Below, piece after piece: positions 17,173-25,905 of a stretch of 64,000 nucleotides of DNA. Each line of letters begins with the position of its first letter. The first letter of the stretch is position 1. The translations under genes and the position numbers were made by a program. This DNA comes from Candidatus Bipolaricaulota bacterium (GTDB lineage: Bacteria > Bipolaricaulota > Bipolaricaulia > RBG-16-55-9 > DRXL01), in assembly GCA_025060395.1 (NCBI GenBank), contig JANXCC010000006.1:7298-71297 (forward strand), written 5' to 3'. Under the pieces are notes generated by a model, which did no database searches, was not told the origin of the DNA, and saw only the letters and a program-made list of their open reading frames with translations.

Positions 17173-17270
17173 GGTATGCCAGCACAATGGCTTGGCGCTA
17201 TCTTGGCAGAAAATCTTAGGACTTCCAAGGACAGCTGTCCTCTACCTGAGGGAACGCGCGCTGGCATACC
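17173..17270. repeat. 11-bp perfect inverted repeat pair (ggtatgccagc / gctggcatacc) in the parA / crtC-like divergent spacer
   Basis: Arms at 17173-17183 and 17260-17270 are exact reverse complements, 76 nt apart. Confidence 0.6.
17228..17241. repeat. 14-bp perfect palindrome AGGACAGCTGTCCT (candidate operator)
   Basis: Read directly from the sequence. It lies between the arms of the 11-bp inverted repeat, upstream of parA. Confidence 0.6.
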
Positions 17271-17322
17271 CTTGTCCCCTCTTGCGCCATATATAATTAA
17301 GAAGGAGGTGGCTATAGCTTCT

Positions 17323-18345
17323 ATGCTTAAGGCTTTTGGCATCGGTCTAATAGCGACGATTGCTCTTCTCACGATTAGCCCTGAGACCCAATGGCCTCCT
17401 ACGTGTCCTCCTTCAGAAGTTCAACCCCTTGTCTCCCTTCCCAAGGATGAGGCTCCTCACTCTTCTTTCATGGAGTGGTGGTACTATACGGGGCATCTGA
17501 AAGATGAAAGAAACGACCACTTCGGCTTTGAGCTGGTCTTCTTTCAAGTCCGCCTTAACGATAACGTATATTTTTATCTAGCGCATTTCGCCATTACTGA
17601 TGAATCAGCTCGACGGTTTGTCTTTGCTGACCGCCAGGAGATACGCAGCCGGCAGAGTAGCGATATGGGCTTTGATCTTCGCGTAGGCGAGTGGAGAATG
17701 AGCGGCATGGGTGGAAGGGATCGTCTGGAAGCAGATATGGGCTCTTATGCGATCCAGCTCGATCTAGTAGATATGAAAGGGCCGGTATTTCATAATCATA
17801 CCGGCTACATTGGGATGACGACGGGAGCGGGCTCGTATTACTATTCAAGGACCAGGATGGAAGCAAGGGGCTTCCTTGCTAAGAACAATCAAAAGAGAGC
17901 TGTACACGGGATTGCTTGGATGGACCATCAATGGGGAGATTTCGATCCTCTTGTTGTTGGATGGGACTGGTTCTCGCTGCGATTAGATCCGGACATCGAG
18001 TTAATGCTCTTTGATATTTGGGATAGGCGGAGCAGAGATAAGCTTTATGCTCACGGATCGCTTGTAGATGGAAAGGGAAGACTGTGCGTCCTCCACGAGG
18101 GAGACTTTGAGATAGTAGCCAAGGGGAGATGGGAGAGCCCACATACGGGGGCTGTCTATCCTATGCCTTGGGAGATCCGTGTTCCCTCGTTTAGGCTGCT
18201 GCTGGACGTTCAGCCCGTCTTGCAAGACCAAGAGATCTATGGAGCGGGGCCGCAGCGCTACTGGGAAGGGAGTTCAAGAGTGCAGGGGAGAGCCGGTGAG
18301 CTTCCTGTAGAAGGCAGAGCCTATGTAGAACTCGTAGGATATTAG
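17323..18345 (+). CDS. carotenoid 1,2-hydratase (CrtC) / AttH-like lipocalin-fold protein, secreted or membrane-anchored
   Basis: FMEWWYYTGHL...FGFELVFFQV and AWMDHQWGDF are typical of the CrtC/AttH family. Start chosen at MLKAFGIGLI (ATG 17323) with GAAGGAGGTG upstream. Confidence 0.7.
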   Translation: MLKAFGIGLIATIALLTISPETQWPPTCPPSEVQPLVSLPKDEAPHSSFMEWWYYTGHLKDERNDHFGFELVFFQVRLNDNVYFYLAHFAITDESARRFVFADRQEIRSRQSSDMGFDLRVGEWRMSGMGGRDRLEADMGSYAIQLDLVDMKGPVFHNHTGYIGMTTGAGSYYYSRTRMEARGFLAKNNQKRAVHGIAWMDHQWGDFDPLVVGWDWFSLRLDPDIELMLFDIWDRRSRDKLYAHGSLVDGKGRLCVLHEGDFEIVAKGRWESPHTGAVYPMPWEIRVPSFRLLLDVQPVLQDQEIYGAGPQRYWEGSSRVQGRAGELPVEGRAYVELVGY

Positions 18346-19517
18346 AAATGCGTGCTGCGGGTGGCTTCTAGAGCCGCACGATAGACGTCCTTGAGAGCGA
18401 TCCCATGCTCGGCGGCAAGCTTCTTGCAGTCTTCGTACTCCGGCGCCATATTGATGATCTCAGAGCCAAGCAAGCCCAACTTCACACGCACAGAGCCGTA
18501 TTGCGTCTGAACTTCGATGGTCTTTCTGGCAAGTTTCTTACGTTGCACTGGATAGTAAATCGCTCCCAAGGTTGTCGTCTCGCGAAAGAGCGTCTCGCAG
18601 AGCTTGTCTACTAAGACAGCATTGCAGAGCACGCGGACTAGCAGCCCTGGACGCCCTTTTTTCATCAAGATATTCTGGGCGCTGACGCTCTTCGCCCCGC
18701 GCTCGAAGAGCTTCTGCTGCACATAGGGGAAGAGCTCAGGGTTCATATCGTCGATCTCGGTCTCGATGACAATAGTCTCGTCGCTCTCGAACGCTACGAC
18801 GCTTTCGCCCACTAAGATGCGCAGCACGTTCGGTTGAGCTGCAAGATCTCTCGTACCGGCGCCATAGCCGATTTGAGAGAAGCGTGCTGTTGGCAGAGCA
18901 AAGTCTGGAGCGAGTGCTTTCACAATAGCTGCGCCGGTAGGCGTGACCAGCTCGGCCTCGATCCCCAACAAGCAGATGGGAAAATCTTTCAGCAATTCGA
19001 GTGTTGCGGGCGCGGGCACGGGCAGCCTCCCGTGTGCCGTTTCAACTGTCCCGGAGCCAACATTAATTATTGAAACATACCAGCGATCTATCTTCAGCGC
19101 TTCGATAGCAACCGCTGCACCGACGATATCGAGAATCGAATCGAGAGCACCTAGCTCATGAAAGTGCACGTCGTCTGGAGAGACGCCGTGAATCTTCGCT
19201 TCAGCCTCGGCGAGCGTACCGAAGATCGCGATGGCCCGTGCTTTCTCTGAAGCAGTCAAAGCGCTCTGCTCGATCAAGGCGCGGATCTCCATCCAATTCC
19301 GATGCGTTGGGAAGTCAAAATTAGTCTCAAAGCGCAGATGCGTCGCGACGATGCCCTGCCGTGAAACTTTCTCTGTATGGACGCGCACCGACCCTAAGCC
19401 TACATGCGAGAGTCTTTCGCTCAAGAACTGAGCCGTGATCAGCTCCGCATCGAGTAACGCTGAGAGAAACATATCCCCGGCGATCCCGGAAAAGCAGTCT
19501 AGATACGCGATCTTCAT
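18342..19517 (-). CDS. larC: nickel-pincer cofactor biosynthesis protein LarC (nickel insertion, DUF111 family)
   Basis: N-terminus [24 protein letters not shown] plus HFHELGALDSILDIVG, the LarC/UPF0272 signature. Confidence 0.85.
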   Translation of the reverse strand: MKIAYLDCFSGIAGDMFLSALLDAELITAQFLSERLSHVGLGSVRVHTEKVSRQGIVATHLRFETNFDFPTHRNWMEIRALIEQSALTASEKARAIAIFGTLAEAEAKIHGVSPDDVHFHELGALDSILDIVGAAVAIEALKIDRWYVSIINVGSGTVETAHGRLPVPAPATLELLKDFPICLLGIEAELVTPTGAAIVKALAPDFALPTARFSQIGYGAGTRDLAAQPNVLRILVGESVVAFESDETIVIETEIDDMNPELFPYVQQKLFERGAKSVSAQNILMKKGRPGLLVRVLCNAVLVDKLCETLFRETTTLGAIYYPVQRKKLARKTIEVQTQYGSVRVKLGLLGSEIINMAPEYEDCKKLAAEHGIALKDVYRAALEATRSTHF

Positions 19518-21004
19518 AGTCTATTGATTTTTGTCGCCAGCACCGCTGCGCCAAAGCCGTTATCTATGTTAACGACAGCGACACCAGGCGCACAACTGTT
19601 GAGCATCGTCAAGAGCGCTGACAGACCCCCAAAGCTCGCGCCGTAGCCGATGCTCGTAGGCACGGCGATCACGGGCTTGTCTACCAACCCCGCGACGACG
19701 CTGGGCAGCACTCCATCCATTCCCGCGACAACTATTAAGATCTTCGCAGCGTTTAATCTCTCGCGATGCGCCAAGATCCGATGTAATCCCGCAACTCCAA
19801 CGTCGTACAGGCGCTCAACGAAATTGCCCAGATACTGCGCGGTGACAGCAGCTTCTTCAGCAACTGAGATATCTGAAGTCCCCGCGGTGATGACCAAGAC
19901 CGTGCCTCCCTGCGGCTCCTTTGGCGCTCCGAGCGTCAGCAGCCGCGCCTGCTCGTGATAGACGACGTCTGGTAGCAGGGCTTTCACCGCACGAGCTTGC
20001 TCGACCGTCGCGCGCGTCGCTAGCACCGGCTTGGTCGTCTTAGAAAGTTCGTTCATAATTGCAGCGATCTGTTCGGGAGTCTTGCCGGGACAGAAGACAA
20101 CTTCCGCGACGCCGCACCGGCTCTCGCGCTCCAGGTCGGCCTTCGCAAAAGATTCTATTGTTTTGAGGGCTTCGTTCATGCTCCCGCCGCGATACCCCGC
20201 CAGATCGAGTGTGACGTAGCGAAATCCAAGCTTTCTCAATCGATCTATGACGATATCGCGATGCGCTAGCAACTTCGACATCTCATCGGGAGGGACTTCG
20301 ATGCGCGCGATCTCGTCGTAGTGGCGCACGCGGACTTGGCTAAAGCCCAGTTCAAAGAGAACCTCTTCGGCATGTTCGATCTGTCTGAGCTTCTCGAGGG
20401 TAATCGCGCTGCCATAGGGTAGTCGCGACGCTAAGCACGCCATCGCGGGTTTTTCGGCTGTGGGCAGCTTGAGCATGCGCGCGAGCTCGCGTACTTCGGG
20501 TTTGGTCAGCCCAACTTCGAGCAATGGGCTCTTGACGTTATACTCACTGAGCGCGCGCATCCCCGGACGAAAGTCATTTGTATCGGATGCGTTCGTGCCG
20601 TCGAGTACGACGGCGAAACCACGCGCTCTAGCCAGCTCTGTGAGCTTTGCGAACAGCTCTTGCTTACAATGAAAGCACCGAGTTGGGGGATTGTTCACGT
20701 AGCGCGGATCGTCGAGCTCTCGAGTAAAAATGATCTCATGAGCTACTCCAAGCTGCCGTGCCAGCTCTTTAGCTGCTTCAAGTTCACGCCGGGCATAGAC
20801 GGGCGAGTGCGCCGTCACCGCTAGGACGCGATCTCCAAGCTCTTGCTTAGCAAGAGCGAGCACAACGGAGCTATCCACTCCTCCGGAGAAGGCGACGACG
20901 GCGCTGCCATAGCCGCGAATGAGCTCTCGAAGTGTCTGGAGCTTCCCTTGTAGATCCATACGAGATTTTATATCGAGTTTATTGGGCAGGAGCAAGTCTG
21001 CCAA
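19514..21004 (-). CDS. larE/larB: fused LarE (PP-loop sulfur transferase) and LarB (PurE-like NaAD carboxylase/hydrolase)
   Basis: Residues 1 to ~275: [15 protein letters not shown]-loop, RCFHCK and PAMACLASR cysteines (LarE). Residues ~280-496: [14 protein letters not shown]...[15 protein letters not shown]...[16 protein letters not shown] (LarB). 4-nt overlap with larC. Confidence 0.85.
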   Translation of the reverse strand: MADLLLPNKLDIKSRMDLQGKLQTLRELIRGYGSAVVAFSGGVDSSVVLALAKQELGDRVLAVTAHSPVYARRELEAAKELARQLGVAHEIIFTRELDDPRYVNNPPTRCFHCKQELFAKLTELARARGFAVVLDGTNASDTNDFRPGMRALSEYNVKSPLLEVGLTKPEVRELARMLKLPTAEKPAMACLASRLPYGSAITLEKLRQIEHAEEVLFELGFSQVRVRHYDEIARIEVPPDEMSKLLAHRDIVIDRLRKLGFRYVTLDLAGYRGGSMNEALKTIESFAKADLERESRCGVAEVVFCPGKTPEQIAAIMNELSKTTKPVLATRATVEQARAVKALLPDVVYHEQARLLTLGAPKEPQGGTVLVITAGTSDISVAEEAAVTAQYLGNFVERLYDVGVAGLHRILAHRERLNAAKILIVVAGMDGVLPSVVAGLVDKPVIAVPTSIGYGASFGGLSALLTMLNSCAPGVAVVNIDNGFGAAVLATKINRL

Positions 21005-21009
21005 GAGCC

Positions 21010-21037
21010 TTGCGCTATGGTGCTAGGCCAGTATAAT
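21010..21037 (+). promoter_or_regulatory. putative promoter of pdxS-pdxT (TTGCGC-N16-TATAAT)
   Basis: TTGCGC at 21010-21015 and TATAAT at 21032-21037, followed by an AGAAGGGAGG Shine-Dalgarno before ATG 21068. Confidence 0.4.
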
Positions 21038-21067
21038 GGAATTGGTACTTCGAGAAGGGAGGTCTGT

Positions 21068-21955
21068 ATGGAGCGTTTGACGGGGACTTTCAAGGTGAAG
21101 TCAGGACTAGCTGAGATGCTCAAGGGCGGCGTCATCATGGACGTCGTGAATGCTGAACAAGCGAAGATCGCGGAAAAGGCTGGTGCCGTCGCGGTGATGG
21201 CCTTGGAGCGCGTCCCGGCTGATATTCGTGCAGCGGGAGGCGTGGCCCGCATGGCCGACCCAAGAAAGATCAAAGAGATCATGGACGCCGTGACAATCCC
21301 CGTGATGGCCAAGTGCAGAATCGGGCATTTTGCCGAAGCGCAGATTCTCGAAGCGCTAGGGGTTGATTACATAGATGAGTCGGAGGTGCTCACGCCCGCA
21401 GACCCAGAGCATCACATCGACAAATGGCAATTCAAAGTGCCGTTCGTCTGCGGAGCGCGCGATCTGCCCGAAGCGTGCCGGAGAATCGCCGAAGGCGCTG
21501 CGATGATCCGAACGAAGGGCGAGGCCGGCACAGGCGATGTCAGCCAAGCCGTCCGCCATATGCGCTTGATGAACAAGCAGATTCGTATCGTTCGTCAAGC
21601 TTCTGATGAAGAGCTGGTCACGCTGAGCAAGGAGTGGGGTGCGCCCCTTGAGGTCTTGAGATTGATTAAAGAGCTGGGCAGACTCCCCGTCGTCAACTTC
21701 GCTGCCGGAGGGATCGCCACGCCCGCTGACGCAGCATTGATGATGCAGCTCGGCTGCGACGGGATCTTCGTGGGCTCGGGTATTTTCAAATCTCAAGACC
21801 CCGAACGGCGCGCGCGGGCCATTGTCATGGCCACGACGTACTATAACGATCCGAAAGTATTGGCCGAGGTCTCCGAAGACTTGGGTGAGCCGATGCCCAG
21901 CATTAGCGCGGCTCACTTGGCCGAGCGCGAGCTCCTGCAAGTGCGCGGGAATTAA
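21068..21955 (+). CDS. pdxS: pyridoxal 5'-phosphate synthase lyase subunit PdxS
   Basis: [24 protein letters not shown]...[10 protein letters not shown]...[11 protein letters not shown] is near-canonical PdxS. Start chosen at MERLTGTF. Confidence 0.95.
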   Translation: MERLTGTFKVKSGLAEMLKGGVIMDVVNAEQAKIAEKAGAVAVMALERVPADIRAAGGVARMADPRKIKEIMDAVTIPVMAKCRIGHFAEAQILEALGVDYIDESEVLTPADPEHHIDKWQFKVPFVCGARDLPEACRRIAEGAAMIRTKGEAGTGDVSQAVRHMRLMNKQIRIVRQASDEELVTLSKEWGAPLEVLRLIKELGRLPVVNFAAGGIATPADAALMMQLGCDGIFVGSGIFKSQDPERRARAIVMATTYYNDPKVLAEVSEDLGEPMPSISAAHLAERELLQVRGN

Positions 21956-21959
21956 CGCT

Positions 21960-22529
21960 ATGCGCGTTGGGGTGCTGGGGCTGCAAGGCGACTTTCGCGA
22001 GCACTTGACAGTCTTGCGCTCGCTGGGCGTAGACGCCCGCGACGTGCGCACGAAAGAGCAGCTTCAAGAGCTAGACGGCTTGATCATCCCCGGTGGGGAG
22101 AGCACAACGATCGCGTATTTATTAGAAAAGATGGGGATGCTCTCGGCCCTGCGCGAGCGTGGCGCCCAGGGCTTCCCCATCTATGGGACGTGTGCGGGCA
22201 TGATTCTCTTAGCCCGCGAGCTGAACGATCCCTACCCAGAGAATCGCATAGGATTGATGGACATTACCGTCAAGCGCAACGCCTACGGCAGGCAGTTAGA
22301 CAGCTTTGAAGTCGATCTGCAGATTAAGCATATTGGAGAGTTTCACGCGGTCTTCATTCGTGCTCCCAAGATCGTACGAGTTGGATCTGAAGTTGAGATC
22401 TTAGCTGAGCATGACGGCGTGCCGGTGCTGGTGAGACAGAAGAATCTCTTAGCAAGCAGCTTCCATCCCGAACTGACCGGCGATCCAAGAGTGCACAAGT
22501 ATTTTCTAGAGATGGTCGCGCGGGGGTGA
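21960..22529 (+). CDS. pdxT: pyridoxal 5'-phosphate synthase glutaminase subunit PdxT
   Basis: MRVGVLGLQGDFREH...IIPGGESTT...GTCAGMILLA...SFHPELT. The start was reset from the track ORF to ATG 21960. Confidence 0.93.
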   Translation: MRVGVLGLQGDFREHLTVLRSLGVDARDVRTKEQLQELDGLIIPGGESTTIAYLLEKMGMLSALRERGAQGFPIYGTCAGMILLARELNDPYPENRIGLMDITVKRNAYGRQLDSFEVDLQIKHIGEFHAVFIRAPKIVRVGSEVEILAEHDGVPVLVRQKNLLASSFHPELTGDPRVHKYFLEMVARG

Positions 22530-22533
22530 AGAA

Positions 22534-23140
22534 ATGGCCCATGCTGAAGCTCCAACGAAGAAGATGACCTACGAAGAATTCCTCGCGTGGTGCGACGAGG
22601 ACACGTGGGGCGGAGTGGGTAGACGGGGAGGTAGTCATGGTCTCACCGGCGTCGTTGCTGTATCAAGAGATTAAGAGATTGGTGGTCACAGTGCTCCAAG
22701 CTTATGTAGAGCAGCACGATTTAGGGACTGTGCTTGATGCTCCCTTCCAGATGCGCTTGGCAGAACTCCGGCGCGGGCGGGAGCCGGACGTGCTCTTCGT
22801 CGCCAAAGAGCACCTCGATAGACTGACCCAAACATATCTGGACGGCCCAGCGGATGTTGTGATCGAGATCGTCTCGCCGGAGAGCGGCCCGCGCGACCGC
22901 GGCGAAAAGTATTACGAATACGAAGCCGCGGGCGTGCGCGAGTATTGGCTGATTGATCCCGACCGCCAGCACGCCGAGTTCTATCGTCTCCAACAGAAGC
23001 GATACAAACTGATCCCTCCCGATGCTCAGGGCATCTATCGTTCTGAAGTGATCCCCGGCTTTTGGCTCAATGTGAATTGGCTGTGGCAGCGGCCTCTGCC
23101 GCGCTTCCTTGAGGTGCTCAAAGCTCTAAAGCTCGTATAA
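22534..23140 (+). pseudogene. Uma2-family (DUF820) endonuclease with an apparent 1-nt frameshift in a GGGG run
   Basis: Frame 1 gives MAHAEAPTKKMTYEEFLAWCDEDTW up to 22608. Frame 2 from 22610 gives AEWVDGEVVMVSPAS...EIVSPESGPRDRGEKYYEYEAAGVREYWLIDP. The two halves join if one G of 22607-22610 is skipped. Frame 2 has a stop at 22565-22567. Confidence 0.6.
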
Positions 23141-23161
23141 AAATTTAGGGAAGGAGGCTCT

Positions 23162-24154
23162 ATGATTCGCGTCGCATTGAACGGCTTTGGGCGCACCGCG
23201 CGCACGTTCTTTCGCATCGTGCAGAAAGACCCCCAGATCGAAGTCGTAGCGATCAACGTCCGGTCGCAGACCCCAGAGCAAGCCGCGTATCTCTGTAAGT
23301 ACGACTCTGTCTATGGACGCTTTGACGGCGAGGTGAGCTTCGGCGAAGATTGTATCGTCGTCAACGGCAAGAAGATCCCACTCATGCAGATCGAAGACCC
23401 CGCCAAGCTCCCCTGGGGCGAATTCAAAGTCGATATCGTTGTCGAAGCGACCGGGGTCTTCCGCGATGCCCAAAAAGCTGGAAAACATCTGCAGGCCGGC
23501 GCCAAGAAAGTCTTGATCACTGCCCCAGCCAAGGGCGACATTCCCACGATCGTCTGGGGGGTCAACGAGAAGATCTACGACAGATCGAAGCACCATATCG
23601 TTTCGGCGGCGTCTTGCACGACAAACTGTCTCGCCCCAGTTGCGTACATTTTGCACAAAGAGTTCGGTATCAAAAAGGGCTTGATGACGACGGTGCACGC
23701 CTATACCGCCAGCCAGAACTTAGTAGACGGCAGCAATAAAGATATGGTCGAGGGCCGCGCCGCGGCGATCAATATCATCCCGACGACAACGGGAGCCGCA
23801 AGCGCCATCGGATTAGTGATTCCCGAACTCCACGGCAAACTCGACGGCATGGCGTTTCGCGTCCCCGTCGCCACGGGCTCAGTCACGGACCTAGTCGCTG
23901 AGCTCGAAAAGCCCGTCACCGTCGAGCAAATCAACGAGACGTTCATACGCTATGCCAACGGGCCGATGAAGCAGATTGTGGCCGTCTCGCAATGGCCCTT
24001 GGTCTCCAGCGACTGCATCGGCGACCCACGCTCAGCTATTGTGGATCTCAGCTCGACGAAGGTCATCGAGAAGAGCTTAGTCAAAGTCGTGGCGTTCTAC
24101 GACAACGAGTGGGGCTACTCGGCGCGGCTTGCTGACCTGGTGAAATATCTATGA
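23162..24154 (+). CDS. gap: type I glyceraldehyde-3-phosphate dehydrogenase
   Basis: NGFGRTAR, SAASCTTNCLAP active site, WGYS C-terminus. AGGGAAGGAGG Shine-Dalgarno. Confidence 0.95.
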   Translation: MIRVALNGFGRTARTFFRIVQKDPQIEVVAINVRSQTPEQAAYLCKYDSVYGRFDGEVSFGEDCIVVNGKKIPLMQIEDPAKLPWGEFKVDIVVEATGVFRDAQKAGKHLQAGAKKVLITAPAKGDIPTIVWGVNEKIYDRSKHHIVSAASCTTNCLAPVAYILHKEFGIKKGLMTTVHAYTASQNLVDGSNKDMVEGRAAAINIIPTTTGAASAIGLVIPELHGKLDGMAFRVPVATGSVTDLVAELEKPVTVEQINETFIRYANGPMKQIVAVSQWPLVSSDCIGDPRSAIVDLSSTKVIEKSLVKVVAFYDNEWGYSARLADLVKYL

Positions 24155-24543
24155 TTGAGATCTTGCTCCGGGCGCACGGGGATCTGCGCTGGGTAGTGCT
24201 TCTGATCGTCGTAATAGGGATTGGACGAGCAGTGTGGGGCTGGCTTAGCTCGCTGCCGTATTCAAAGTTTGATCGTCTCTGGGGGGCGATTGTCAGCGCG
24301 CTGATGGATCTCCAGATTCTGTTAGGTTTTGTGATCTTTTTTCTCCTGGCTCCGCCAGCGCGCCCAACGCTGTGGCACCCTGCGCTCATGATCGGAGGAG
24401 CCTTGAGCATCCATCTTGGGGCGATCTTCGCGCGGCGTTTGCCTGAAAACCGTCGCAAGCACTACGTGCATGTGCTCGCGTATCTTGTGGGGCTGCTCTT
24501 GATCTTGCTGGGGATCCGCGTCGTGCGCGGCTCACTGTTGTAG
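24151..24543 (+). CDS. hypothetical 4-TM membrane protein
   Basis: 130 aa with four hydrophobic segments. ATGA overlap with the gap stop codon suggests translational coupling. No family recognised. Confidence 0.5.
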   Translation: MIEILLRAHGDLRWVVLLIVVIGIGRAVWGWLSSLPYSKFDRLWGAIVSALMDLQILLGFVIFFLLAPPARPTLWHPALMIGGALSIHLGAIFARRLPENRRKHYVHVLAYLVGLLLILLGIRVVRGSLL

Positions 24544-24545
24544 CT

Positions 24546-25289
24546 ATGAAGTCCCTCAGCAGTGCTGTCGCGTACTCTGTGCTCGATCTCTTCTATCCCC
24601 CGCATTGCGCCGTATGCGAACGACCGTTTCTTGACAACGAACGAGCGTTTCTCTGCCGCGAATGCGACACCAAGATTGAACGCATCGATCAGAGTCATGT
24701 CTGCCGCTGCGGCATCCCCTTGCCCAAAGTTCTTGATCTCTGTCCCAGCTGCGCCCAGAGCGAGCGGGTTTTCGAACAGATTCGCTCGTTCGGCTGGTAC
24801 GAAGAGCACGATGAAGATCAAGTTCTTAGCGCGCTTATAAAGATTTTTAAGTATGGAGGTGAGCGCGCCCTCACGCCGCTACTAGCGGGCTATCTTGTTG
24901 AAGCCGGCGAGTCGCTGCGCCCCTGGATCGAACAGATCACGTTTGTCCCTATGACTAGAAAGAAAGAGCATGAGCGCGGGTTCAACCAAGCAGAACTGTT
25001 AGCTCGTGAGCTGGGAAGGCTTTGGAAAATTCCCGTCGTGCGCGCTCTAGAGAAGGTCAAAGAGACCAAGCCCCAAGCAAGCCTCCCCTATAAAGCGCGG
25101 CGCGAGAACGTTCGCGGGGCCTTCCGACTTGCAAAATTTCCCCCGTGCGCTAGTATTCTCATAGTCGACGACGTGTGCACCAGCAGTGCGACTCTGAGCG
25201 AGTGCGCTCAGGTACTCAAGGATGGTGGAGTCGAACGAGTCTATGGGCTGACCGTAGCGCGAGCAGCGCCCCCAGCAGACGCCCAGTAG
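24546..25289 (+). CDS. comF: ComF-family protein (zinc-ribbon plus phosphoribosyltransferase domain)
   Basis: N-terminal CxxC...CxxC...C pairs, and the PRTase motif ILIVDDVCTSSATLSECA. Confidence 0.8.
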   Translation: MKSLSSAVAYSVLDLFYPPHCAVCERPFLDNERAFLCRECDTKIERIDQSHVCRCGIPLPKVLDLCPSCAQSERVFEQIRSFGWYEEHDEDQVLSALIKIFKYGGERALTPLLAGYLVEAGESLRPWIEQITFVPMTRKKEHERGFNQAELLARELGRLWKIPVVRALEKVKETKPQASLPYKARRENVRGAFRLAKFPPCASILIVDDVCTSSATLSECAQVLKDGGVERVYGLTVARAAPPADAQ

Positions 25290-25296
25290 AGAGCCT

Positions 25297-25905
25297 ATGA
25301 AGGTACAGACCATTGTGCTCACAGAATATCAATCGAATTGCTATATCGTCACGGTAGACGGTATTGGCGTCGTCATCGACCCTGGGGCTCCAGACCCAGC
25401 GCTCCTAGATTTAATTGGAAACTCTAGAATTCTCTATGTACTGAACACACACTGTCATCCCGATCATATCGGCGGGGATGACTTCGTGCGGCGACACTGC
25501 GGGGCACAAGTGTTCTTCCATCCTGATGACCAGCCGATCTTCGAGTTCTTTATGGGCAAGAGAGTCAAGCCCGATGGGTTCTTATACGATGGCCAGGTTC
25601 TCGAAGTAAACGGGCTGGCCTTTGAAGTCCTGCACACCCCGGGGCACTCGCCGGGTAGCGTAGTGTTCAAGGTCGAGCGCGAACGAACCCTCTTCACAGG
25701 GGACCTACTCTTTGCCGGCAGCATCGGGCGAACCGACTTCCCTGGCAGCGATCCCCGCCAGATGGTGCGTTCACTCAAGAGAATCCTTGCTCTTCCGGGA
25801 GATTACACGATCTATTCCGGCCACGGCCCGGCCACGAAACTGTCAGTCGAGCGTTGGACCAATCCATTCTTGCAAGATCTAGAGGGCCTAGTTGGAGGGC
25901 TGTAA
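25297..25905 (+). CDS. MBL-fold metallo-hydrolase (glyoxalase II-like)
   Basis: HCHPDHIGG, HTPGHSPGS, GDLLFAGSIGRTDFPG. Confidence 0.8.
   Translation: MKVQTIVLTEYQSNCYIVTVDGIGVVIDPGAPDPALLDLIGNSRILYVLNTHCHPDHIGGDDFVRRHCGAQVFFHPDDQPIFEFFMGKRVKPDGFLYDGQVLEVNGLAFEVLHTPGHSPGSVVFKVERERTLFTGDLLFAGSIGRTDFPGSDPRQMVRSLKRILALPGDYTIYSGHGPATKLSVERWTNPFLQDLEGLVGGL

Noticed and set aside
17142-17372. N-terminal extensions in the ORF track: parA to 17372, crtC-like from 17176, pdxS from 21017, pdxT from 21822, dnaG from 25854, EamA from 38288, GH114 to 52275, rny to 8505 and HD to 15080.
   Set aside because: Internal starts reproduce the canonical family N-termini ([35 protein letters not shown] and a signal peptide, among others). 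Most are preceded by GGAGG-type Shine-Dalgarno sites or by stop/start overlaps. The extensions overlap neighbouring genes or promoter regions and have no homologous counterpart.
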